Positions 1-12,470 of a stretch of DNA of 64,000 nt are shown piece after piece. Below the pieces are notes generated by a model. It did not search any database. It worked only from the letters and a program-made list of their open reading frames with translations, and was not told the DNA's origin. The stretch is from Sphagnum compactum (Eukaryota). Position 1 is the stretch's first letter, and the number at the start of each line of letters is the position of its first letter. The stretch covers positions 29,626,213 to 29,690,212 of the forward strand of contig OZ234493.1 in assembly GCA_965153455.1 (NCBI GenBank). Reading direction: 5' to 3'. The position numbers and the translations under genes were made by a program.

Positions 1-3000
1 AACTGAGGAGGAATTTTGGTCCCACACTAAGGTGAAAAATGAACTTGAGTCTTTTCATAATGAGAATGGTCATTTACAAAATCATTTTGCTCTTGCTCTT
101 CTTCTGGCAATAGTAAACCTTAACCATTAGCCACCACATCAGTACAAAGTCCATAGCAGCCTATTGGGTGGAGTTTCATAGCAACATCAAGCTACATCAT
201 CAATCGTGAACAAATATCCTTCACGACAAGTTGAGGAGCATGAACATGTTGTAACACATAAATTCTCCTACATGGATTTGACTTAGACTGAAGTGTTTCC
301 AGTTATAATAGAATCTACATCTATTCATGTTGCGGTAGTAACAAGTTTAGAATTAGGGGTGGATTAGCTAATTCACCCCTCCAATCCACTTCCTTCAGGC
401 ATCTAAAACTTGTCTTTCAATAATTGTCTTTTTTTTAAGATCTCCAATAAAGAGGACCTAAGGTTTGATTTGAGCACTAAAATTTAGACAGGAAGTATGG
501 AAGAGCAAGCTTTGAGTGCAACTTTAGAGGCCCGAAGGAAAGGCCAGTGCATTGCAGTTTTGGACTCAAAATCTAGGGAGGCTAAAACTGACTTTTTTTC
601 CCAACAACTTTTTCTCTCCTCTTTCTTTGAAAACTTTAAAGACTGAAGCAAGAAGGGAGTTGTACATCTCTGTGCCTCATGAAGTCGTTTCTACCTTTGG
701 TTTCCCCTTCATTGGAGAGGTATCCACTACCCACCCGCAACTCTTCTTCTTTTATTTCTAGCAATTCCCATCATTTCCACTTTTTGAGTTTCTTGAGAAA
801 CAATTGGTAGCTTGGTTTCTAATAGAATTTCTAGAATAGTTATCCAGCTAGGGTTTTTGTAGCTCCGTTTGGCTTGTCTAGTGAGGATCTGCTATAACAA
901 CACTAATTTAATTATGTACCCAATTGAGAGATGCTAAGGTTTTGGCACTAAATGTGTCAAACTTAAGAACCTATAAACAAGATTACAAAACACAAAACAA
1001 TAATGCAAGATCAGTATCCATTCATAAGAACCTTAATAAATTGATCTTGTAATATGTCAATGCTTGAAAGAAACCCTAGCCGAACATTACTTTGAAAATT
1101 TTAGTCACTAATTTCAAGCAATTGTGGCAAGCAAAGAAAACAAGAACAAGTATTTGGAAGTTGGAAATTATGACCCCCTTGGGTAACATTAGCTTAAACA
1201 AAATACTTGAAAAAATTGCACGTATGTTCATGAAGCAAAGCTATGGACATGCACTTCAACTAGTCAAAGGGTGTTTTGCTTTGATAGGTATTAGGCACTA
1301 CAAACTTAATGGAGAAGTATCCAATATTGCAACACATGGGAAAGGAGAAGAAGTACATGTGCCAAGGTTCATGCTTAATGGGATTTTCAATTGATCACAT
1401 GAGCTTGAAAATTGGCGCTCCTGATGTGGAAAACAATTTCAAATGTCATTGGCTTGTAGAGCTTTGGTAGGAGGTTGTGAACTTCAAAAATGAGGTTGAT
1501 AGATAAGAAGCAGCTAAGTTGTTTGGTGAGGAGTTTCATACCTTAGGCCACATCGTTTGGTGCATTGAAAATGTGGGTGGTTTACAAGTGTGGAATGGAC
1601 ACATTGAACTTTCGGTGGCTTTTGCAAAATTGGCAATCATTGCTTTTATTCTAGTATGTCAAAATCTTTTCTATAAAACCTCAAGCATTTCGAAGTTGTT
1701 AAGCTAACATATTCCCTTTTTTGATATCACAGTAATGTTGTTTGGTTGTTTCATGGGCTTGTTGATGGTATTTATTGATTTTAATTTCTTTTGAATTGAA
1801 TATGACAAATGGAGTCATTTCATAATGAACTTGGTTGGGCCTTTTCACATTCCACAAGAACTTATAATTTGATCTAAATTGTAGTGATTTACAAATGTCA
1901 TTTAAATGTAGAAATATTTTAGGACCTTCAACCTTGATTGAATGTGGAGGATGCAATGAAGAATATTTTTATGCACGTTTGTTAGTGGATACACCATTAG
2001 AATCAACAACAACAATTGTTCAAGTATGTTGAATGCTAATAGTTGTGCAAGATTTTTTTCCATGTGGATGGATGAAATTCTGTATGGTTTGCTTTCAAGT
2101 TAGGTGTGTCATGTTATGCAAGGATGGTGACAATTTTAGAGCACTACCACCAGAGGTAGCTAGAACTTGGGCATTAGGAAAAAAAATTATTTTCTTAATT
2201 GGGCCAGATATTATCAAGGCTTTTCAAGGTGGAGTAAGATCCTAACCATCTGAAAGTTTCAAAAACATCAACTATTCATATTGGATTGCTAGAATTTTGT
2301 GTAGAGAGAAAGGTTGAATAATTTATTCATTTAAAGTATGGGTTGAGAATCATGGAATTGAATTTTTGAAAATGCCTTATTAATGTTGGTGGTGACCTTG
2401 TGTAGATAATTTATTTGAATTACTGTTTGAAGTTCGAGTTACTAAATCATGGCAATGATTTCAAAGTTCGGGAGAAAAAAAATCTAGCAAGATCTTGTCG
2501 ACATGTCTAATGATAATCACAAGGGACCCTCATCATACAACTTACCAAGAAGAAAATAACATTAGTTGCTTAATATTAGAACCATTAATAGAGTATTATT
2601 GTGGGTAACCATTGTAACCAAGACTTGCAATGAAGTATTCCCATTGTGAGTTGAATACATTAAGTAGTGCATTCATCGAATGGTTGTCATAGAAGCCTTC
2701 AAGGGCCAAAAACATCCACACTTGCCCACAACATTACTTGAATTTTTGTCATTAAATTCAAATTATATGATTATTGGTAGATGCTATATCAAGTGGATTA
2801 GAAAGTTGGTCCATCAAGGATGAAGACTGAAAATGGTGATGAAGAGATTTTTTTTGTGAAAATAAGAAAACATAACTGATGATTCTTTGGTGCAACAAAA
2901 GGTCGACATATCTATTCCCTCTTGTGATGATCTTTTTGCATCTAAAGGTCACAATCATAGAATGTCATAAACCTGTCCAATGGCCTCAGATCCTTTTGTT

Positions 3001-3699
3001 ACAATGCAGAAAAAAAGGTTTTTGCATCTCATACCTAGTCATTACTAATGCAAAATTGAATTTGCTTATATTTTTAAACTTGTAATGCTTGATGCGATTT
3101 CAGAATGATGATCATTATATTGGATTTTAATTGATGATTTTATATGTTGCATCTTAATTGATAATCATCCTAATGATTTTCCATTCACCAATGACATTTC
3201 ATAGTTGAGTATCTTTCTAGATTCAGAATAACTTTGCTTTTCCTACAAAAGACATGATAAATATGTCATAATAAATTTTGTCTTTATTTTGGATTCGTAA
3301 TATCCTTACTTTCCAAGCAAAAGACTTGAGAAAATAGTAATAACGGCTCCATCTTTTCTGGGTTGAAACTTGAAATTAGCATATGCATGATTGCATGACA
3401 AAAAATACTATAGAAATTTTTAATAGGTTGCATGTCTAGGATCACTATTACATCATGTGAAAGAATTCAAAAATGATGAAAACCTACCAATTATTAATAA
3501 AACAAAGAACCCAACAAAGGGGGAAAAAAAGGTATAAGATGGAAGGACCCCAAGTGCTAACAAAATAAGAATACTCCAAAGAGGGCAAATCGCAAGGGGA
3601 ACGAGAAGAATCAAGTACTTGAACCTTCCCCCCCAATTGCAAGAAGCATATTAAATAAGGAGGGGAGGAACACCTAAAAGAATGCCTAGCTTAGACGAA

Positions 3700-6055
3700 C
3701 CTTCACTTATAATAATAACACACCTCAAAATAAAGGTTGCCTATGTTCGCTATGATGCCATTGACACCCTTTGCATGTAAAATGAAGGCAAAACTTTAAG
3801 AACATTGAAATAAGTTACTCTTACGTCCCGTTCCATTCCCCTTCCTAAGGTAGTTTCATTTTTCATACCTAGATTTTGTGAAAAGTTTTGCCATTACTTC
3901 TTCCACAATGCCCGTAAATGAAAGACTATAACTCAAATGTATTGGTGTAGCTTATGTCATTGGCCTGAATGTGAATTGGTTGATAAATATTGGAGGTTTT
4001 CAAAGACCATAAATGAAGAAAAAACTTTTAAAAAATCTTCATTCTAATATTCTATTTTTAGCATGTAGTAAAAAATATTTAAAAATGATTAAAGATTTGT
4101 ACTTCATATTTGGTTTTTAGCCAAATTTGGCTAAATCTTCTTAGGGACGATAGTTATTTTTATTACAAACAAAATTTTTTAAAAACGAATAATGACCATC
4201 ACAAACATAATATATATTGGCACCTTCACTTTTTAGGGTGAAACCTTTATTATAGAAACTCCACATATGCATCATACACCAAATTATAAATGAAATATAG
4301 CCAATATATGCATTGTTGGGGCATTTGGGCCAATAAACTAGGTTTTGGTAATGATCACATGATTCAATAGTTGAAATGGGTGTGTTCATTGCTCCATGTG
4401 CAAGTGTTCAAGAATTTTCACTAGTTTGTTGAAGCATACTTAATGCGACATTGGATAGCTTGTCATGATTTTTTATGTTTATGCTAATTGGAATGAATGT
4501 TTCACCTATTGATGAATGTGGTAAAAGTTCATGAAACATTACCCTACCATCCTCTTTTCTGCCATGAATTGTTGTGCTTTGTTTTGGCAAGACGTTGGTC
4601 AAGTTTTCTAGAACCTTGGAAACAAATGGTGAAACATCTTTAATGCCAAAACTTTCTATTGTATTTCCAATGACGTTTCTTACTTTCCCGACCAATACAA
4701 TGACAAAAAATGGAATGAATTTTCCTCAATATAGGACATAATATTGTTAGTCTAGGATTCACACTCTTGAAGTAGGATTGAACAATGAAATATAAGACTT
4801 AATTAAGCTCAATATGCAAGATCGGGATTCATAAAACAAAAGTGGAGTTGTAACCCAAGAATCCAATTCCTAACACAAGATTACATGTCTTAATAAAGAA
4901 TTGAGGATCCTAAATCATGGATCCAATTTTCTAAAAACTATTAGGTAGTAAATGTTCCTACAAAATCAAGGACTCATATTCCCAATTCAAAAGGATTTAA
5001 TTCATTTCCTTCCAAAATTTCCTATATTTTGGAAAATTATAAGGTCTTGTATTAAGACTTGTTAAGGATTCTACATTCTTGAAACCACACCTTGGTTCCC
5101 ACAAAAATTAGTGGTTTGACACCTCTTGTGACAAAAATTATGAAGGTGCACTAATTGATCTTGACGATGTGTATGTAAGAAATTCATTAAGGATGATATC
5201 GAAAAGGACATTAAGACTCAATGAAGTAGATTGATTCATGTGCATCAAGATTAAGGACTAAAAGAGAACAATGGAAAATTGATTGTTGAAGACGATAGAT
5301 TTTGAAACAAAACACACAAATGAATGGAAATAAATAACATAAACATATAGACAACAAAATGTATTCAAAAGTGTGTTTCACACATGTGAAAATGAAATGT
5401 CGGGTGTTTCCATTGGGAGTGATTGTACCATATTTGCTTATATTTTCATGCCCACCCTTCCTTGAACATCCTTGGAATCTAGTTTTAAACCCCAAGTTGC
5501 ACACCAATTTGTAATAAAGATGGCGTTACAAAAAGGAACAACACAATGGGATGAAGTTGTGTGTATTCTCCTATACACCAAATGTGATAAGCATGCTCGA
5601 CAGAGGTCGTCAATAAATTATTGCAATTAAATCACAATCCACAAAGATGACATGTGGGGTAGTTGCAAGATAGGGTGGCTCATTTTTTCATCACATTTGA
5701 TTTTTTACATATTGTATTCTATTCAAATGTCATAAACATATGGTGAAATCATCAATGTGACAAAAATATTTACAAATTAAAATTGCCAATTTGAATAAGA
5801 ATATGCACATAATCATGAAATTCAAAAAATAACACTAAACATATAGTCATGAACTTTCATTAAATTACTATAATTACAATAATTAATTTTTATTACTGTA
5901 AAAATATGAATAATTAATGTGAATATTTTGTAGTTTTGATAATTGTTAATTGTAAATAAGTAATTTTAAGTTATAAATAAAACAATTTACTATAATTGAA
6001 TTAATTGAATTACAATAAGTACACGAATTATTCATATTATAGTAAAATTATCATA
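3700..6055. repeat. Left copy of large inverted duplication (partner 32773-35465)
   Basis: Reverse complement matches 32773-35465 along its length. Mirrored ORFs: 4408..4695(-) vs 34109..34384(+), 5211..5507(-) vs 33348..33587(+), 4141..4389(-) vs 34438..34656(+). Confidence 0.95.
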
Positions 6056-7869
6056 AGAATTATAAATTTAAATTTAAATTACAATAATCAATATTACACA
6101 TTATGAATACAATTACATATTATATATTTTTACTGAATTTTTAGCAGTGTAAGAAAATTAATAATTAAGGTAAATTTTTATGTTGGACAAATAATTATTT
6201 ATTGTAAATAAATAATTATAAATAATAGATATATCAATTTTATAATAATGATGATAATTACAGTAATTACTCGAATTACCTTATGATTAATGTAAAAAGA
6301 TTAAATATGGATTTTAACTATACATTTTAAGTTATAAATAATTTGATTATTTATAATTATTTATAACTCTTTTTTTGGTAGTTAATTTAATTACAATAAC
6401 TCTATGATAATTATTGTACTTTTTTTTATACATCTATAGATCATTGATGTATTGCCACCTTTAGATATACCCTAATATGAGGCTAATATACAATAATAAT
6501 TTTTTCAAACCATGCCGAACTAATCTATGAAAATAATACATATATATACCATTATGAATGTGGAGTACATAATGTATACATAAGGCTTACTGTACATAAT
6601 TGTTAGTTACCATAACATAAAACACATGACTTACCCTATACAAAATTAGTAACATACATAACTTAATGTATAAATAACTAATTAGTTACCATTTCTTGGT
6701 CACTTTTGCAACTAATGGGCCATACAAAGGCCTTTTAAGATGAAAATAATGTGAATAGTTATCCCATTGGAAGAATGAAAAACCAATAAATAGTTGCAAC
6801 ATAGTCATAAATGTGACCAAAAAATGTGTGATATAATTTTCAATTGTAAATGTAACCAATTTTAGTTGTAAACGACAATTAGTCGCATGTAGTCACAAAT
6901 CATTTGGTTACGTTTTAGTCTTTTTCTACTAGTGACAATGTTTTTACTGATGGAAAGGTCCTTTCTTTTTTTGAACATTAGCTATCCATGTCCATATATA
7001 TATTCTCATGCATTGAAGTATATACAAAATTGGTGTTATTATATTTTTTCTCAATGCCAAATTTCTTTTCATAGGGAGTTGGGTGAAAGGTCGCATCTTG
7101 ATGTGAAAATGCTTTCTTGAATGTTGAATCATTTTTGCCCACCATCTATCATGGAACCTAGGATTTGAATGTTGATGAAAAATCATTAATTAATTTGATA
7201 GTTTTCAAAATCTAACTGTTTAGATCTTAGAAAAGAAAAGGAACCTATTTTCATCATTGTGGTTTTGTTAGTTTTGACAACCTTGATAAATATTTGTTTT
7301 TTAAAACTAGAACCATGCATTCCAATGTTTGTAGAGCATGGCACAGTGGTTGTTGTCACGCTTACTAATGAACATTTGCAATTGAGGGGTTGACATAGTA
7401 TGCAAGAGTGCCCAAAATTTGTTTTTTGCCTTTCAATTTGTAGTTGTAGTTAAGAAACGATCTCACTATGCACTTGCAACAAAGACATTAGTCCCAATAT
7501 CAATGTCATCCATTCACGTGTGATCTATCATTCATCATTATGTTTTGTGATTGACCAAAGTAGTTAAATATGGGACTTTCTTAGTTGACACACCACCTTG
7601 AGAGGCTTGACTATGGACTATGTAATTTTCCAAGTAAATGTTTCAATTAGAATTCAATTGTAGACCATGGGTGCTAAGAATATTCCATGAGCTCCAAAAT
7701 AATTGGGATTTGCCTTCATTTGTCCACCAAAAGAGTAGGCAGTTCAATTGACTTGGCAATTTTGAATAAATTTTTTAAATATTCAAAAAATTACAATTGA
7801 AACGTAGTTGAAGACAATTTCAAGTCGAAGGTGGGTTGGTTGAAAAAGAGGGGTTTTCTACTAGTGATT

Positions 7870-10800
7870 CAGTTGGTGATAGATGAAGGTAATTCTTTCA
7901 AATTGAAAGACCTTAACAAATTAAGTTCCTTGAATGCATTAAATTGGCCAATAAATGTAAGTAATTCCTACAAGCTCATACATTCCCACAATTAAAACTT
8001 TTGGATTGCATTTAATTGGCCAATGTACATGTAAGTAATTCTTGCAAGTTGAAGCATTCACACAAATCAAGATTTTCAAGTGCACTCAATGACTAATAGA
8101 TGAAAGTAGTTTTTTCAAGTTGTGACACCTTAACAAATGAAGCTTTTTTGGAATGTATTCAACTAGTCAATAAATGAAAATAATTATTTCAAGCTAAATC
8201 ACCTTAACAAATGAAGCACTTTGAGTGCATTCAATTCACCCCTAGATGAATGTATTTCTTTCACGATGTTTTCAAGTGGTAAAAATCTTATAAATAAAGA
8301 TTTGTAGTGCTTTCAATTCGCAAATAGATGAAAGTAGGTCTCTCAAGTTGCGACATTCGTACAAATAAAACTTTTGGAGTGCATTCAATTGGCCAATACA
8401 TAAATGTAATTATTTCAAATAGTAACACCTTAACAAATCAAGCTTTTGGATTGCATCCAATTAGCCAATACATGAAGGTACTTCTTTCAAGTTGGAACAC
8501 CCTAACAAATCAAGCTTTTGGATTGCATCCAATTAGCCAATACATGAAGGTACTTCTTTCAAGTTGGAACACCCTAACAAATCAAGCTTTTGGAGTGCAT
8601 TCAATTGACCAATAGATAAAGTTAGTTCTTTCATGTTCAAACACCCTAATAAAACAAGCTCTTGGAGTGCATTCAATTGGCCAATAGATGAAGATACTTC
8701 CTTCAAGTTCGAACATTTTCACAAATCAAGGTCTTGGAGTGCATTCAATTGGCCAATAGATGAAGGTAATTCTTTCAAGTTGGAACACCTCAACAAATCA
8801 AGCGTTTGAAATGCATTCAATTACCAATAGATGAAGGTAGTTCCTTCAAGTTTGAACACCCTGACAAATCAAGCTCTTGGATTCCATTCAATTGGTCAGT
8901 AGATGAACGTAGTTCTTTCAAGTTGGAACACTTCGACAAATCAATCTTTTGTAGTGCGTTCAATTGGCCAATAGATGAAGATACTTCCTTCAAGTTCAAA
9001 GATTTTCACAAATCAAGGTCTTGGAGTGCATTCAATTGGCCAATAGATGAAGGTAGTTCTTTCAAGCTGAAACACCCTAACAAATCAACCTCTTGAAGTG
9101 CATTCAATTGGCCAATAGATGAAGGTAGTTTTTTCAAATTAGAACACCTTGACAAAACAAGTTGTTGTAGTGCGTTTAATTGGCCAATAGATGAAGGTAA
9201 TTCTTTCAAGTTGGAACACCCTAACAAATCAAGCTCTTGGAGTGCATTCAATTGGCCAATAGATGAAGGCAGTTCTTTAAAATTGGAACACCTTCACAAA
9301 TCAAGCGTTTGGAGTGCGTTCAATTGGCTAATAGATGATGGTAGTTCTTTCAAGTTGGAACATTTCGACAAATCAAGCTCTTGGAGTGCGTTCAATTGCC
9401 CAATAGATGAAGGTAGTTCTTTCAAGTCGCAACACTCGGACAAATAAAACTTTTGGAGTGCGTCCAATTTGCCAATAGATGAAGGTAGTTCTTTCAAGTT
9501 GGAACACTTCGACAAATGAAGCTTTTGTAGTGCGTTCAATTGGCCAATAGATGATGGTAGTTCTTTCAAGTTGGAACATTTCGACAAATCAAACTCTTGG
9601 AGTGTGTTCAATTGGCCAATAGATGAAGGTAGTTCTTTCAAGTTGGAACATTTCGACAAATCAAGCTTTTGGAGTGCGTTCAATTGGCCAATAGATGAAG
9701 GTAGTTCTTTCAAGTTGGAACACCCCCCAAAATAAAGCTCTTGGAGTGCGTTCAATTGGCCAATAGATGAAGGTAGTTCTTTCAAATTGGAACAACTTAA
9801 CAAATGAAGCTTTTGGAGTGCGTTCAATTGGCCAATAGATGATGGTAGTTCTTTCAAGTTGGAACATTTCGACAAATCAAACTTTTGGAGTGCGTTCAAT
9901 TGGCCAATAGATGAAGGTAGTTCTTTCAAGTTAGAACACCCTGACAAATCAAGCTGTGAGAGTGCATTCAATTGGCCAATAGATGAAGGTAGTTGTTTCC
10001 AATTGTAACATCCCCGCAAATTAAGCTTTTGGAGTGCGTTCAAGTGGCCAATAGATGAAGGTAATTCTTTCAAATTGGAAGACCCTAACAAATCAAGTTT
10101 TAGGAGTGCGTTCAATTGGCCAATAGATGAAGGTAGTTCTTTCAAATTGGAACAATCCGATAAATGAAGCATTTGGAGTGCATTCAATTGGCCAATAGAT
10201 GAAGGTAGTTCTTTCAAGTTAGAACACCTCCCCAAACGAAGCTCTTGGAGTGCGTTCAATCGCCCAATAGATGAAGGTAGTTCTTTCAAATTGCAACACT
10301 TTGACAAATGAAGCTTTTGGAGTGCGTCCAATTGGCTAATAGATGAAGGTAGTTCTTTCAAATTGGAACACCCCCACAAACGAAGCTCTTGGAGTGCGTT
10401 CAATTGGCCAATAGATGAAGGTAGTTCTTTCAAGTTGGAACACCCCCACAAACGAAGCTCTTGGAGTGCGTTCAATTGGCCAATAGATGAAGGTAGTTCT
10501 TTCAAATTGGAATACCCCCACAAATGAAGCTTTTGGAGTGCGTTCAATTGCCCAATAGATATAGGTAGTTCTTTCAAGTTGGAACAATCCAACAAATGAA
10601 GCTCTTGGAATGCGTTCAATTGGCCAATAGATGAAGGTAGTTCTTTTAAGTAGGAACACCCTCGCAAATGAAGCTCTTGGAGTGCGTTCAATTGGCCAAT
10701 AGATGAAGGTAGTTCTTTCAAGTCGGAACACCCCCGCAAATTAAGCTCTTGGAGTGCGTTCAATTGGCCAATAGATGAAGATAGTTCTTTGAAATTGGAA

Positions 10801-12470
10801 AACTCCCAAAAATTAAGCTCTTGGAATGTGTTCAATTGGCCAATAGATGAAGGTAGTTCTTTCAAGTTGGAACACCCCCACAAACGAAGCTCTTGGAGTG
10901 CGTTCAATTGGCCAATAGATGAAGGTAGTTCTTTCAAGTTGGAACACCCCCACAAACGAAGCTCTTGGAGTGCGTTCAATTGGCCAATAGATGAAGGTAG
11001 TTCTTTCAAGTTGGAACACTCCGACAAATCAAGTTTTTGGAGTGCGTTCAATTGGCCAATATATGAAGGTAGTTCTTTCAAGTTGGAACATTCCGACAAA
11101 TAAAGCTCTTGGAGTGCGTTCAATTGGCCAATAGATGAAGGTAGTTCTTTCAAGTTGGAACACACCCCGAAATGAAGCTCTTGGAGTGCGTTCAATTGGC
11201 CAATAGATGAAGGTAGTTCTTTTTAGTTGGAACACTCCGACAAATCAAGTTTTTGGAGTGCGTTCAATTGGCCAATAGATGAAGGTAGTTATTTCAAGTT
11301 GGAACATTCCGACAAATAAAGCTCTTGGAGTGCGTTCAATTGGCCAATAGATGAAGGTAGTTCTTTCAAATTGAAACACCAATGCAAACGAAGCTGTTGG
11401 AGTGCGTTCAATTGGCCAATAGATGAAGGTAGTTCTTTGAAGTTCGAACACCATGTCAAATCAAGTTTTTGGAGTGCGTTCAATTGGCCAATAGATGAAG
11501 GTAGTTTTTTCAAATTGGAACCCCCCTCCAAACGAAGCTCTTGTAGTGCGTTCAATTGGCCAATAGATGAAGGTAGTTCTTTCAAGTTGGAACACCCCTC
11601 CAAACGAAGCTCTTGTAGTGCGTTCAATTGGCCAATAGATGAAGGTAGTTCTTTCAAATTGCAACACCAACGCAAACGAAGCTCTTGGAGTGCGTTCAAT
11701 TGGCCAATAGATGAAGGTAGTTCTTTCAAGTTGGAACACTCCGACAAATCAAGTTTTTGGAGTGCGTTCAATTGGCCAATAGATGAAGGTAGTTCTTTCA
11801 AGTTGGAACATTCCGACAAATAAAGCTCTTGGAGTGTGTTCAATTGGCATATAGATGAAGGTAATTCTTTCAAGTTGGAACACCCCCCCAAACGAAGCTT
11901 TTGGAGTGCGTTCAATTGGCCAATAGATGGAGGCAATTTCTGACAGCTCGACAAATCAAGTTGTTGGAGTGCATTTAATTGTCCAATAGATGAAGGTAGT
12001 TCTTTCAAATTGGAACACCCCCACAAATGAAGCTATTGGAGTGTGTTCAATTGGCGAATAGATGAAGGTAGTTCTTTCAAGTTGGAACACCATGACAAAT
12101 CAAGTTTTTTGAGTGCGTTCAATTGGCCAATAGATGAAGGTAGTTCTTTCAAGTTGGAACAGTTCGACAAATAAAGCTCTTGAAGTGCGTTCAATTGGCC
12201 AATAGATGAAGGTAGTTCTTTCAAGTCGGAACACCCCCGTAAATTAAGCTCTTGGAGTGCCTTTAATTGGCCAATACATGAAGTTAATTCTTTCAAGTTG
12301 AAACACCCCCACAAAGTAAGCTTTTGGAGTGCATTCAATTGGCCAATAGATGGAGGCAATTTTTTCAATTTCTGACAGCTCGACAAATCAAGCTCTTGGA
12401 GTGCATTTAATTGGCCAATAGATGAAGGTATTTCTTCCAAATTTTGGCATTGTGCCAAATCAAGTACTTG
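7870..12470 (-). repeat. Coding tandem array of ~64 x 72-bp LRR units (LQxLxLxxCSNLKELPSSIGQLNA)
   Basis: The + strand motif caattggccaatagatgaagg recurs every 72 nt from ~8390 to ~12412. One unit near 11940 is 63 nt. Degenerate units continue down to ~7880. Unit count is manual. Confidence 0.95.

Noticed and set aside
1-3700. Possible decayed transposon coding sequence
   Set aside because: No motif could be identified with confidence.
3690-3710. Terminal TSD for a giant TIR transposon
   Set aside because: No matching direct repeat is seen at 35465-35480, so no element is called as a feature.
4141-5507. ORFs conserved between the two inverted copies
   Set aside because: Similarity is explained by DNA duplication. 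There are no recognisable domains and the ORF ends differ between copies.
8328-11823. Alternative-frame and antisense ORFs (FQLERTTFIYWPIERT..., SAFNWPIDEGSSFKLEH...)
   Set aside because: Shadow frames of the LRR repeat.
8390-12420. CRISPR-like pattern of constant repeat plus variable segment
   Set aside because: The period is exactly 24 codons and translates as LRRs fused to NB-ARC. The variable parts are homologous to each other, there are no cas genes, and the context is eukaryotic.
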